A program made the position numbers and the translations under genes. Shown one piece after another: positions 1-11,883 of a stretch of DNA of 64,000 bases. The notes below the pieces were generated by a model. That model was not told where the DNA came from. It made no database searches and saw only the letters and a list, made by a program, of their open reading frames with translations. Every line of letters begins with the position of its first letter. Within the stretch, counting starts at the first letter, position 1. The DNA comes from Nageia nagi (taxonomy: Eukaryota; Plantae; Pinophyta), in the NCBI GenBank assembly GCA_050084985.1, contig JBITNC010000002.1, positions 37,820,001 to 37,884,000 on the forward strand, in the 5' to 3' direction.

Positions 1-850
1 TTATAATCACAACAATCAAGTATCATGAGCCATTACAATGCTTGCTAAAAGATATTTATAAGTATTCTAACCTAGAAGCTTAAGGGTTGACTACTCAAAG
101 GACTCAAGTTATAACTCTTTGTATTCTACTATTACATTAAATGAATTAATTATGAAAATAACAATGGATTGATAATGTTAAGGAAGGTTCCTAACATTTT
201 TTCTCCCTTAAAAAAGCTTTGTCATCAAAGTGAGGTACTATTACCTAAGATGATGTAAGACCTCCCATGTTGCATCTTAAATTGCCATGTCCTTCCATTA
301 CACAAGTATTTTGTAATGGTTTGATTTTTTAGTGAATACGAGCATTGGCATAGGCTTGCTTTCAGTTCTAACTTGATTTGCTTCCGATTCTAACTTGATC
401 AATCCTTCCTTTATAAGTTTTATGAGAATAGTTTGTACTTGTGTATGTTGTTCAAGAATTTTTGTGAGGTAAGAGATGTGAAAAACTAGCTGAATTTTTT
501 AAGAAGCCAAGAGTTCCAATTTGTATGTAATTGCTCTAACTCATTGAAGAATATTGTAGATTCCATAAAAAACATAAGTGTTGAACTTTTGTTTTATTTG
601 GAGTTGGAGGAATTTAATAATTCCTAGTTTGAATTTTGGATGCATCTTCCACATTCACACATCTCTTACAACAACTACTACGCGACAGACTACTTCACCT
701 ATCGACATTTATTTCCTTTGTAGGCATGTATTTGAATTCTTAATGCTCACAATCTTATCAAATCTTTTTTGGATGCATAGACATGGATTCCCATTCCTTT
801 TTGATAGATTTCATTTGTGTTTTTCTTAATTCTTTGAGCGGATTGTGAAT
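1..850 (-). mobile_element. Decayed Ty3/gypsy (chromovirus-type) 3' end: integrase C-terminus, chromodomain, PPT and start of 3' LTR
   Basis: Minus strand reads FYGIYNILQ*VRAITYKLELLAS*KIQLVFHISYL (integrase C-terminal region) and TITKYL/WKDMAI*DATWE (chromodomain). A purine tract AAGGGAGAAAAAA is followed by TGTTAGG at 196, and the LTR runs off the window start. Upper boundary approximate. Confidence 0.7.
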
Positions 851-1327
851 CCCTTAGATGTTTTGGAGTCTCGAACACTCCATTTTCTTCTTTTTATAAA
901 TAGGATTTAGTTTTTCTTTGTAAAATATGTAGGTGAGAATATTATAATGTTATATTGCATTTTTAGCACTCATAATAGAAAGTATTTCGTTTGCTCTGCA
1001 ACTCTTTATTTTCATTATCTTTGTGTGGTTGAGATTGTGTACAACTTTGAGTCTTCATGCAAGTGTCTTAAGTTAGTTTGAGGTATTTCTTACTGTTAAG
1101 TCCAGATTATAGCTTCTAAGTATTAGTCAAATTCTCATTTTGTGCTTTCAATCACGAAATATCTTGGTTTGCATTCTTGTTGGCCTGTTTGGGGTCTCAG
1201 ACAAGTCTGAACGCTTAAGTTTTTGACTTAGCTCTTTAGTTTCATGATTTTCTTTGCTGGAATCACATCCAAATCATATTTCCTCTCTTAGAATTGTTTG
1301 AATATGTTTTTAGGCCCTTTAGAGCAT

Positions 1328-2880
1328 TGTTAGAACTCCATCTTCAAAACATGATGTATTTCAGGCTTTTGTGACCTTTCCTTGCTCGCCAAAAGCATTT
1401 TGGTGCTTTGCTATATCTTGTTGCACCTTTTTGTGCCTTACAAAACCTTGTCGTGTCGTGTTCATACTTTTGTTGATATCGTCGCTCTTATTGTGTGACA
1501 ATCAATGCTTTTCTCACTTCTTGTGCCACTCTTGAGTTTTTGCTGACATCATCGCTCTTGTGTTGTGTCGCAACTTCAATAGCTCTTCAAGTGTTTGTTG
1601 TACCTTCCCGCATCATGTTGTTGTTATTGCTTACATCATTGTTGATGTTATATGTCTTATCACTCAACTCTTAGTGATTTCTTGGCTTGTTGCATTGTTG
1701 TCAAGCTTTTGTTGATGTCATTGCTCTTATTGCATGGCACTCTATGTTTTTCTACTTATGTCGCATTATAGTATTATATTTGTTGACATCATCATGTGAA
1801 AAGTGCAGTATTTTTCCTTTTTCCCAATGCTGCATCATGACAACATTTATGCTAATGTCATCCCTACAAAAGCATGGGCCCTTTTTCTTCTCAGCATCAC
1901 ATCACAACTACCTTTATGTTAATGTCACCATCTTAAAAATATGGCATTTCGCCTTTTGCCTTGTCTTGCATCATGACAAAGCTTTTGCTGACATCTTAGC
2001 CTCAAAGTGCAATAATCTAACTTTTGCACTATTTTTGATTTTGATAACTTAATTCTTGATCATGACAACTCCATTATTCTATACAACAACTTTGTTTGAT
2101 CGCGACTATTACCTTATTTAATCGTGACTACTTTATATTTGTTCGCAATAATTCTTTTATTGATCATGACATCTCAAATTCTTCAAATGGTATCAGAATT
2201 GTATGATTTAATAGGTTAAAATGGATTCAAATGATGAAAATTTCTTATAGTTGTCAATCCTTCTGTTCAATGGTAAACACTTTGAATATTAGAGCATCAG
2301 AATGAGAACATTTCTCATCTTTCAAGACTTGTAAACTTTTGTATCTCAGTATTATACAAAAGTAGATGTAGCAGCATTTGCACTACTCTTAGCAGATGAG
2401 AAAAAACTACATTTCTCATCATTCATTCTCATGATGAAGATCTTGATGAAACCCAAATTATTGAAAAAGTTCTTATTCCCCAACAGTTTGATCCTATCAC
2501 CATTGCAAATGTGACTGTGGTAGAAGAAGAGGCCGCTCAAATAGTCATAGCTAGAGCTCAACCCCCTGACATTGTGACTTTTGTGGTAAAGATGGTCACA
2601 TAGAACAGAAGGATTTTTAGAAGAAGAAACAGCCCAAAGCTAACTTCATTTAAGAGACTAACAATGATATCAATATGTTTTTTATGCATAACAACTTCGA
2701 AGTTGTTGATAATCAGATTTGGTATCTGGATAATGGTTGTTCCAATCATATGATTGGAAATAAGAGACTATTTGTCAACCTTGAGGAGAATGTCATTGGC
2801 AAAGTTAAGTTTGATGACAACAATAAAGTCAGTATTATCGGCAAAGGTTCCATTGCTTTCGAAGCAAAGATTGGCAAGAT
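1328..2880 (+). mobile_element. Truncated decayed Ty1/copia: probable 5' LTR, PBS, gag and protease remnants
   Basis: TGGTATCAGA (tRNA-iMet PBS) at 2188-2197. Gag N-terminus LFNGKHFEY*SIRMRTFLIFQDL from ~2221. Protease WYLDNGCSNHMIG...GKVKFDDN in ORF 2675-2884. The LTR start at TGTTAG 1328 is tentative. Confidence 0.7.
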
Positions 2881-5150
2881 GTAATAAAAAAATCATCCAC
2901 ATAGAGAAGAATCAATACCAAGTCTTTTCCTTCATTGAGCACATATAGATTTATATCTTAGTAGAATTTGGAGAATCTAATAGTCTCAAAATATGCTAAA
3001 TATTTTTATACCAAGCTCTTGGTGCTTGCTTAATTCTATACGAATGCTTCTTTAGCTTAGACACATGATACTTTTTTCCTTTGCACAACAAAACCTTCAT
3101 GTTAATTCATGTAGATCTCAACATCTAAATCATCATTGAGAAATGCATTTTTCACATTAAGTTGGAATACCTTCCAACCTTGAGATGCTCAAAGGAAAAG
3201 GATTAATCTGATAGTATCCATCTTTTCCATTGGAACAAAGTTTTCTCATAATCAACTCCATATTTTTGAGCAAAATCCTTAGCCACAAACTTTGGCTTAT
3301 ATTTATCAATTTCACCATTTGAATTGTATTTGACCTTGTAAACTCATTTGTTTCTAATTACATTCCTTGTAGTTTGATATAGAACTAAGCCCCAAGTTCT
3401 CCTTTTCATAAGAGCCTCATATTCCAACTTCATGGCATCTGTCCAACAAGCATGTTTGGAAGTCTCTTTAAAGGTTGAAGGTTCATTATGGTTATTAATT
3501 TTAGCAAATAAAGACATATTCAAAGTCATGCTTCTAGTCATCCTTTGAGTTGAAAATTTTTGCACTTATGATGACTTATCTGAAGTGATATCCAACCACT
3601 TAGGTATTTTTGAAGTCTTCAAAGTCTTCACTTGAAGAAAAATAATTAGGGTATTCATTGAACTTGATATCCCTTGAAAAAAACACTACTTTTTAAGGAG
3701 AGTATAGCTTATAATCTCTATGTTGACTATCATATCTCAGAAAGATACATTTTATGATTTATTATTCAACTTCTTTATTTTCTTTAAAACTATGAAGGAA
3801 ACAAATTCACAACAATAGATGAGAAATGTCAAGTGTCTTTCTTATCCATGCTTCATAAGAAATTTTACCTTCAATGGCTTTTATGAGACACCTATTCAAG
3901 GTGTAGATAGTAGTACTCATAGCTTAACCCCATAAAAAATTAGGAAGATTTTCCACCATGCATCTAGCCATTTCTAGTATGGTCATATTCTTCCTTTCTA
4001 TAACACCCTTTTTTTGTGGAGTATAAGGAATTGTGAATTACCTTTTGATTCCATACTTTGCACAAAAGTCATTGAACTCATTATTCATGTATTCACCATT
4101 GTTATATGGTATTAACATCTTTATTTTTATCTTAGTTTGATTTTTAATTAAAGCCTTAAACACTTTGAACATATCAAAAGTTTGATCTTTATGTTTAAGT
4201 AGATAACCAAAGATCATTGTACTAAAGTCATATATGAAGGTAAGGATATAAGATGCTCCTCTAAGTGAATTAGTTCAAAATGAACCCATCAAATCTAAAT
4301 GTGTCAATTGGAGAGGTCAAGACACCCTTCTTTCCTTATCCTTCTTGAATTTCTACATTTTCATCTTCCTTAAAATATGATTTTAATAAGTAGGTGATAT
4401 TGAAGGCAACCCTTCCACAAGACCCTGACTTTTCATTAGTTGAATAAGTTTGTGGTTGAGGTGGCCTAATCTTTGGTGCCAAAGGTTACCCTTGGAACAA
4501 ACATTTGTAGCTAGGCATAATTTTCTATGCACTTGATCAACTATATAAAGATTATTTTTTATAGATCTATTTATGAGGATAGAAAATTGCTAGTTTGAGT
4601 TAAACTCAAAGGTATATCCTTTTCTTGTAATTTGAATGATTGATAAAAGATACATCCTTAATTTGGGCACATAAAACACATATTCAATCACTTTCTTATA
4701 TATCAAAATAATTTCAATCCCATGGACTTCAAGCATTGAGTTGTCACTAATCACTATTGCATCCTTTATGTGTCTATGAAAGTTTTCAAACTTATCTATT
4801 TCAAAACACATGTGATTAGTGCAACCTGTATCAACTATCCAATCATTAGAAAAAGAATGAGAAATGGAGTAAACACCATAAATATAAGCATTTTTATTAT
4901 TCTTTTTTCCTATGAAGTTATTTACTTTCTCATTTTCTTCTTTCTTCTTCTTGTAGCAATGGTGCTCTTTATGACCATAAATGCCACAAAAGTTACAATT
5001 ACCATCAAAGTTTTCTTTAGCATTAGATTTGTGCATTTTTTTCTCCTATTATAACTCACTAATTAATCCACTTAAATACTTAAAAGTATCCTTGAATACC
5101 TTTTAAGTATTTAGTTTAAAGTAATGAGACTTGTTCAAAACTAATTCCAC
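2881..5150 (-). mobile_element. Decayed, internally deleted Ty1/copia of the same family as the 11253-20118 element
   Basis: ORF 4590-5036 (CNFCGIYGHKEHHC, WIVDTGCTNHM) and ORF 3344-3565 (QRMTRSMTLN...EPSTFKE) closely match the intact Gag-Pol. RT LYVDD lies at ~2895, where the element is cut. A U3 hairpin remnant sits at 5073-5113. Confidence 0.9.
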
Positions 5151-5154
5151 TTGT

Positions 5155-6420
5155 ATGATAGAGAGATTCCATGAGATCATATTCATATTTTTCATTTTGT
5201 ATTTAGGCATGAATCCATTGGATAATGATTAGGCCCTCATTGGTGTTTGATAACTCTCTAGATATTGGGGGTGATTGTATAGGCAATCTATAGTGAGGAG
5301 GTTTAATGAGCTCATATGCATATTTTGCATTTAGGAATGAATGCATTAAAGAATGATTGGGCCCTTGTTGGTGTTCGATGAATATGATCCTCTAGAGCTT
5401 AAGGGTGACTATCCAAATAACCAACAATAGAAATATTCCATAAGCTCATATTTTTGCATCTTGTACTTTTCATTTAGGCATGACTATATTGAAGAATGAT
5501 TGGGTTGTCATTGGTGTTTGATGATTATATAAAGCTTGAGGATGATTTTCTAAGTAATCTAGGATGGGAAGGTTCCATGAGCTCATATGCATATTTTTCA
5601 TCCTTCATTCTATATTTAGGTTTAACTGCATTAAAGAATTATTGATCCTTCATTGATATCTAATGGTTCTTTAAAGCTCAAGGGTGATTGTCTAGATAAT
5701 ATACAATGGGGAGGTTCCATGAGCTCATATGCATATTTTACATCCTACATTCTACATATATGCATGACTAAATTAGAGAATGGTTGGGCCCTCATTGTTG
5801 TTCTATTATTCTCCAAAACTTGGGGGTGATTGTTTAGGAAATCTATGGTGATGAGGTTCCATGAGCTGATATGTATATTTTGCATTTAGGCATGATTGCA
5901 TTGGAGAATGATTAGAACCTCATTGGTGTTCAATGATTCTTTAAAACTCATAGGTGATTGTCTAATAAATCTATGATGGGTAGGTTCTATGAGCTCATAT
6001 GCATATTCTACATTTTGCTTTTAGGCATAACTACATTGGAGAATAATTGGGCCTTTGTTGGTGTTCGATGGTTCTCCATGGCTTGGGGATGTTTGTTTAG
6101 AAAATCTACAATGAGGAGGTTCCATGAGCTCATATTCATATTTTGCATCTTGTATTTTGTATTTAGACATGGTTGCATTGGAGAATGATTGGGCTCTCAT
6201 TGGTATTTGATGATTCTGTAGAGCTCGAGGGTGATTATCCAGGCAATCTATGATGGGGAGATTCCATGAGCTCTATGCATATTTTATATCTTGGATTATG
6301 TATTTAAGCATGATTACATCAGATAATTATTAAGTACTAATTGGTGTCTTATGATTATCTTGAGGGTGATTGTCTAGGTAATCTACGATGGGGAGGTTCC
6401 ATGAGCTCATATGCATACTA
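5155..6420. repeat. Degenerate tandem repeat, ~10 copies of a ~128-142 bp unit
   Basis: GGTTCCATGAGCTCATATGCATAT...GAATGATTGGGCCCTCATTGGTGTT recurs near 5170, 5306, 5438, 5576, 5717, 5859, 5987, 6122, 6264 and 6399. Confidence 0.9.
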
Positions 6421-7279
6421 TTCATTTAATGTAAAATTAAGTTGATAATATTAACTATTGTATAATTATGGTGTAAATTGAATCCATTATGTTATTCTAG
6501 TATGATGATGTACACTTAATTAAATACCATTACTATTATCATAATCTATATCATGAACTCTTTGTTTATTGAAGAATGGAAGAGGTAGTATAGATGATTA
6601 CGATATTAGTCTGTATGGATTGTTTATTTAGGCAAGTATGGATAATTTCTAATATAAAAGTTTAGGACCAATGCACTATTTGTACAGGTAAATCTCATAA
6701 TTTGTAGTAAGTTTCCCACCATAGTCTTCATGAATTCATATATATTCATCATAAATTGATCTCTAAAATTAAATAACATGCAAAGCCACAACCTCTACAT
6801 CACTTCTAGAATCTTTTATTATGATCCTTATTGTGTCTTTTACATCCAAGTAGTTTTTCAAAATTAGACCAACCAACTTGCATGTTTTAGTGGATTCCTC
6901 ATTGTTTGCAAGTTAAATAGATAAGAATAGAAGCAATGTTGACAAGTTTTATTATTATGACTCCTATAGATTTTCTTCAACAACCTTGAAAAAAAGGAAT
7001 AAGATTCCAAGGTGAACATGTTTTTAATGAAATTATATATCAAGAGATTAAGTAATTTGATATTACAAAGTATTTGGATTATTTCTTAGTAAAACTTTAG
7101 GTTCAAAAGCACCCTCAAGATTTGAAGGTTTTTCGCAATCTAAAAATAGGATTATGCTCATATCCTTACCCACTTACAATTCAACTACAAGATCATGGTA
7201 GTTAAAGACTTTACTAAAGTAAATCATTTGTAATAAAAATATTCATTCCATTTCCATATCAATCATCCTTTAGCCGATA

Positions 7280-8165
7280 CTAGTAATCACCATATGAAGA
7301 TTGTCCACCCTTGAAGTGGTAAAAATAATTGGCATCCCTTATAACAATTTCTTGTGTAACCATTTTAGAGAGAAATGTTTTTGCAAAGTGGTAGTTACCA
7401 CATACTTTAAGGTTTTTCATAACTCGAATGGTTGTGGTAGAGGATATGTTTAGCAAACTAAAAGCAATTTCTAGTTTCTCACTATGATGATAAAGAATTT
7501 GTTCCTTCTCTTCCTCCTTGATATCTTATTAAAGAAATCTCATATTAGGAAAATGTGCTATTGCTTTCATCATTGAGTAAATCTCTCAAACTCTCTGTAA
7601 ATTTCCTATATTTTTGGATGTGATATATCTCCCATAAAAGATAATAACCTCTTTACTAACCACAATCTATTTGCATTCAAGTAGTTCTAGGATGCCTTTA
7701 TCTTTCATCATTTTTTGTATGTTTTTAATTTGATTCCACATACCAAACATAGAATAAATATTTAAGAAAAACACATGAGGTACATATATTTTGGGAGCCT
7801 AACTCTAAAAGGTTATTTTCTAAAAAAAAATCTAATTCCAAGTTGTTATGAATTATATAGGCACCAAGAAAAAAAATCCATACTACAACATCAAGTCTTA
7901 TTGACATGCTATCTATAAATATTTTGCTTTAGCTAGATGCCTAACACAACCAAGAAGGTAAACCATACATATATTGTATTTCATTGTGGGTAAAATACGA
8001 TAATAATCATTCATGAATTTGAAGTATCGATAGCTCTTTTTTGCCAGACCTACATGGCTACATGCATATAATACATTATTAACATATGTAACATCATTTG
8101 GATTAATTCCCACATATTCTATTTGTTCAAATAGTTTGATGGCTTTCTTACTACAACCATTCCTT
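7280..8165 (-). pseudogene. PLS-class pentatricopeptide repeat (PPR) E/E+/DYW RNA-editing factor pseudogene, 5'-truncated
   Basis: Minus strand: NGCSKKAIKLFEQ..GINPNDVTY..VLYACSHVGL, then MSIRLDVVVW..LGAY..HNNLEL (E domain), then HHSEKLEIAFSL...IRVMKNLKVCGNYH...EIVIRDANYFYHFKGGQSSYGDY* (terminal W codon is TAG). Several stops and frameshifts. Confidence 0.9.
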
Positions 8166-8799
8166 AGGCTATGAATCTTATTATTATTCGAACAAATTAT
8201 TCCTTCTATTTTTCATAGTGCTCTTTATATGGCATTTCATTTTGATTTATTTATTTTCCAAGAATGCATTTGATAATTATGGAAGAAAATATTTGTAAAC
8301 AAAATTGATTATAAAATTTGTTGTAAACGACTTCTATTTCATCCATTTTATCTCTATATGTGTGCACTTGAATTCATATTTAGATACTAAATTTGAATCC
8401 TTCAACTTTTTTAACATGTTTGTATGCATTGGTGGTTTTTGATATTACCATTTATTACTAACCCATTAAATATTATTGTTGATTTGAAAAAAATAATCCA
8501 ATGATGAAGTGGTGGTATCGGATGCATTGGTAAATGTAGACCAAATTTCCTTAAGTGAATTGATATTCAACCAATCCAAACTTTGATATTTTTTCCTAGG
8601 AAGATGCATGGTGATCCTTTTAGCATTTTGAGAGGTCACAACTCATAGACAAAGCAATGATCATCTATCCAAAAAATCCCCTAGGAAGAATCATAGATAA
8701 ATATTCTTTAAGATAAATATTCTTTAAGAAGACTTGGCATTTGTTCATGGATCTCTTTTCGAAAATATGAAACCCCAAATATCAGTATCTCCCAGTTGG

Positions 8800-9130
8800 A
8801 TACATTATCCTCTTGAAACATTTCTCGAAGATAGAGAAATGAATAGGATTTGAAATTCTCAACAATTCGACTTTACCCAAGATGATGCCTGATCAATGTT
8901 TAACTAACAAGATCTTTTGCTTTACAAAATGATCAATCTAAATGGGATCTTTACCTCATAGACAATATGTCATGGCCTATTCTTTAGAGTTCCCAAAACT
9001 ATGAATCATAAGGTTTATTTCCCACATACAAAGATATATGCCAGTTAAAACACTCCTTATAGATAGGGGAGAAAAATCTAACTTTCAATTCCTATGTCCA
9101 ATTTTATTGGTACGAAGCCTTATCCATTAT
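8800..9130 (-). mobile_element. Possible highly decayed LINE ORF1 remnant
   Basis: Minus-strand fragments WIRL... and DIVYEVKIPFR resemble plant L1 ORF1 (DUF4283/zf-CCHC_4 region). Very degenerate. Confidence 0.3.
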
Positions 9131-11252
9131 AAAAATAGAAGGGAGAAAGTGATGTTTAAAAGAAATGCAAGGTTAAGAGTATAGGAAAGAAAGGAAAATG
9201 TGAAGCTTGAACCCAACCTAGGCTTCTAACAATTATGTCAAAACCATGAGGAAGGATTCTTGGCTTGCAATGACCCCATCATATTATTATCTATTACTCT
9301 GTGGCAAGAGAGTTGAGATTGCAGTCATATATATTTCATCTAGTATTCTTAGGAAAATAGTAAACATACATATGATGCAACCATTTAATCTATCCCAAGA
9401 TTACATAATGAAACAAAAGGATAAATATCATCATACTCAATTTGATCTGGAAAAATAAATATTGCATTACTAAGAGGAAAATGCTGAGAAATGCAACCTG
9501 TAAATACATTGATTTGAGTTGTATAAATAGCTCCAAATTTAGAAAATATATATAAATTTAAATAACAGAAGTATGAAGATCTATGAGAATATATAAATTA
9601 CAGCCTATATCCACTAACTGCAATAATATAACTATGAAGATTTATGAAAATATCTAAGTTACAACCTGCATCTATAGTTGTAATTTCATTAATTTTTTCT
9701 AATGAAAATTGTAATTTTATCTTTTATGCCTAAGCATAGCTAGGAAATTTTTTTATAAAAGAAATGCAAAGTGTTAGGAGTTTAACTAAGATCTACAATG
9801 CTTTATACAACTCTGTTGGCCTCATGGCAATTGAACTGAGACTGTTGATATTTGGACCAAATATATTGTAGCTAACTCCAGTGTACCATGATGAATGTTG
9901 TCACATTTTGGGAAAGTTAAAGGTGACTTTTATAAGCATCAAATTATAGTCCTTTTCCAAAAATTACCTTGGTAGTAATTTGACCATATTTCAAGAAAAT
10001 GCATAGGAGAAGAAGTTTGCTAGACTCTGGGAACATTATGGAATCACAAGTTTACCATACTATGGGAAAGCTTTTCTTAATTGTAAGTTGTTGAACTTCA
10101 AGAAAGTTCACTAGGAAATGAGATCATCAGGCTCCGAGAAAGTTCACCCGAAAATGACAATGTCGGGCTTTGGAAAAAATTCATCTCCATTTGTTTGCTA
10201 CCATCTTCAAACATCTTTGAGATTATTTGAACTTATCAGAACCTTAAATATTCATAGAATATTCCATACTTAATGCAAGTTGTTATTTCTATAATAATTT
10301 TCACAATAGATGAACATATAGAAAAATATTTTTGTTATAAATCATATGATATAATATCTTTTAACATCCTTTAGACCCAAATAGTCTCTAAGGACCTATT
10401 AAAATTTGTGAATATATATGTGTACATTTTATTTATTTAAAATTGAAGTTAATTTTTGTTATATATCATATATAAATAATGAAATTGCATTACATACTTG
10501 CAACTATTATTGAACTTAGTGTGAAACAATCAATTACATTTTTTGAAAATAATTAAGAGCCTCTAAACCATACATATTTTGTGCATATCTTATGATCCTT
10601 GCATTGGATGAGATTATGTCTCTTTGTTGCATTTCCTCAAATGGATTTTCAACTTCCTTAAGAAGCCTAATATGGGAATATCTTATAATCATTGCAGTCT
10701 AAGAGATGGTGTCTCTATGGCATATTTTTTCTTGAAATAATATTTTTATATATTTTCAAACTTAGCATACATGTTTATGAAAGCATTCAACTTCAAAGGG
10801 TTCTTTAAGGGAAATCATCATATTGTGTTAACTTTTTAATGATACCCTTATAGATGACAATTGAGTAACTATCATTAAAGGTCTTTAAGGGTAGTGTAGA
10901 ATCATTGTGAAATACCCTTTTTAGTGTATTGTGAAGCATAACTTATATTATCATGTCATTATGAATTTTGTCATGTACTCATAAAGGTTGCTAAGTTATA
11001 AATGTATATACCATAGATAACATGAAATATATTAAGGACTATATGCAAGCTTTACCATTATTATGAGAAAATCAATAATTATGTATGAATGTTTTGGTAA
11101 TAATATATCATAAATGAACTAAGTTAAGCATAGCATAGATTGTGCAAAATAAACTATATATTAAATAGACTACAAGAAGCATAATATAAATTGTATGGAC
11201 TATGTGTCGCAAGCCTTTTATAATGGGAAATATACTAAGGTTTGTGTTGCAT

Positions 11253-11741
11253 TGTTAGAATTTGTAATGAAATATTGTGAATATCTAAACTCCTTGTAAA
11301 TTCAATTAATCACTTAAAGGTATGTAGATACCTTAAGTGATTAATAGAATTCTTTAATATGTAGACTTTGACTTTACCAAAGGAGTTAGTTGGTAGGTTG
11401 AAGTTTGGTGGTACATTTAATGTAACCCTAACCTTACCCTTGGGTTAAAGGAAGGTTAGGGAGGTGCTCTCAAACTATAAATAGAGGGCCTCTCCTCTTG
11501 TAAATATATCTAAGTTTTGAGTAAGATTACTCTACTTGGTTGTGTAGGAGAGAGCTAGAGAATAGTTGTAAGAGAGACATAGATTTGAGAATAAGAGAAC
11601 TAGTTGTGGATGTACTCCCAAGGAGGGAGGAACCACATTATATTGATGTGTTATCTTGAGTGATTGTGTTATCTTGTGTACATTTGAGTTTCCTAGTTTA
11701 AGGTCCTAAAGGATTTGTTTAGATCTAGTTCAAATCCTTCA
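11253..11741 (+). repeat. 5' LTR of intact copia
   Basis: TGTTAGAA...ATCCTTCA, matches 19630-20118; TATAAATA at 11476-11483. Confidence 0.97.
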
Positions 11742-11743
11742 AT

Positions 11744-11756
11744 TGGTATCAGAGCC
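11744..11756 (+). other. Primer binding site, tRNA-iMet
   Basis: TGGTATCAGAGCC, 2 nt after the 5' LTR. Confidence 0.95.
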
Positions 11757-11838
11757 TTGTTGTGGAAGCTCTTCTTCTTGGTGTTGAAGCTCTCCTTGTT
11801 GAGGAAGCTCTTCTTTTGGTGTGGAAGCTACATCTTGG
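11757..11838 (+). repeat. Four ~20-nt tandem repeats after the PBS (TTG(T/G)TG(T/A)GGAAGCTCT..)
   Basis: The GAAGCT core is repeated four times directly after the PBS. Confidence 0.75.
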
Positions 11839-11883
11839 AGGTTCATCCTTTTTTCACTCCTCATCTTTCACCCCCTTGGTGAG

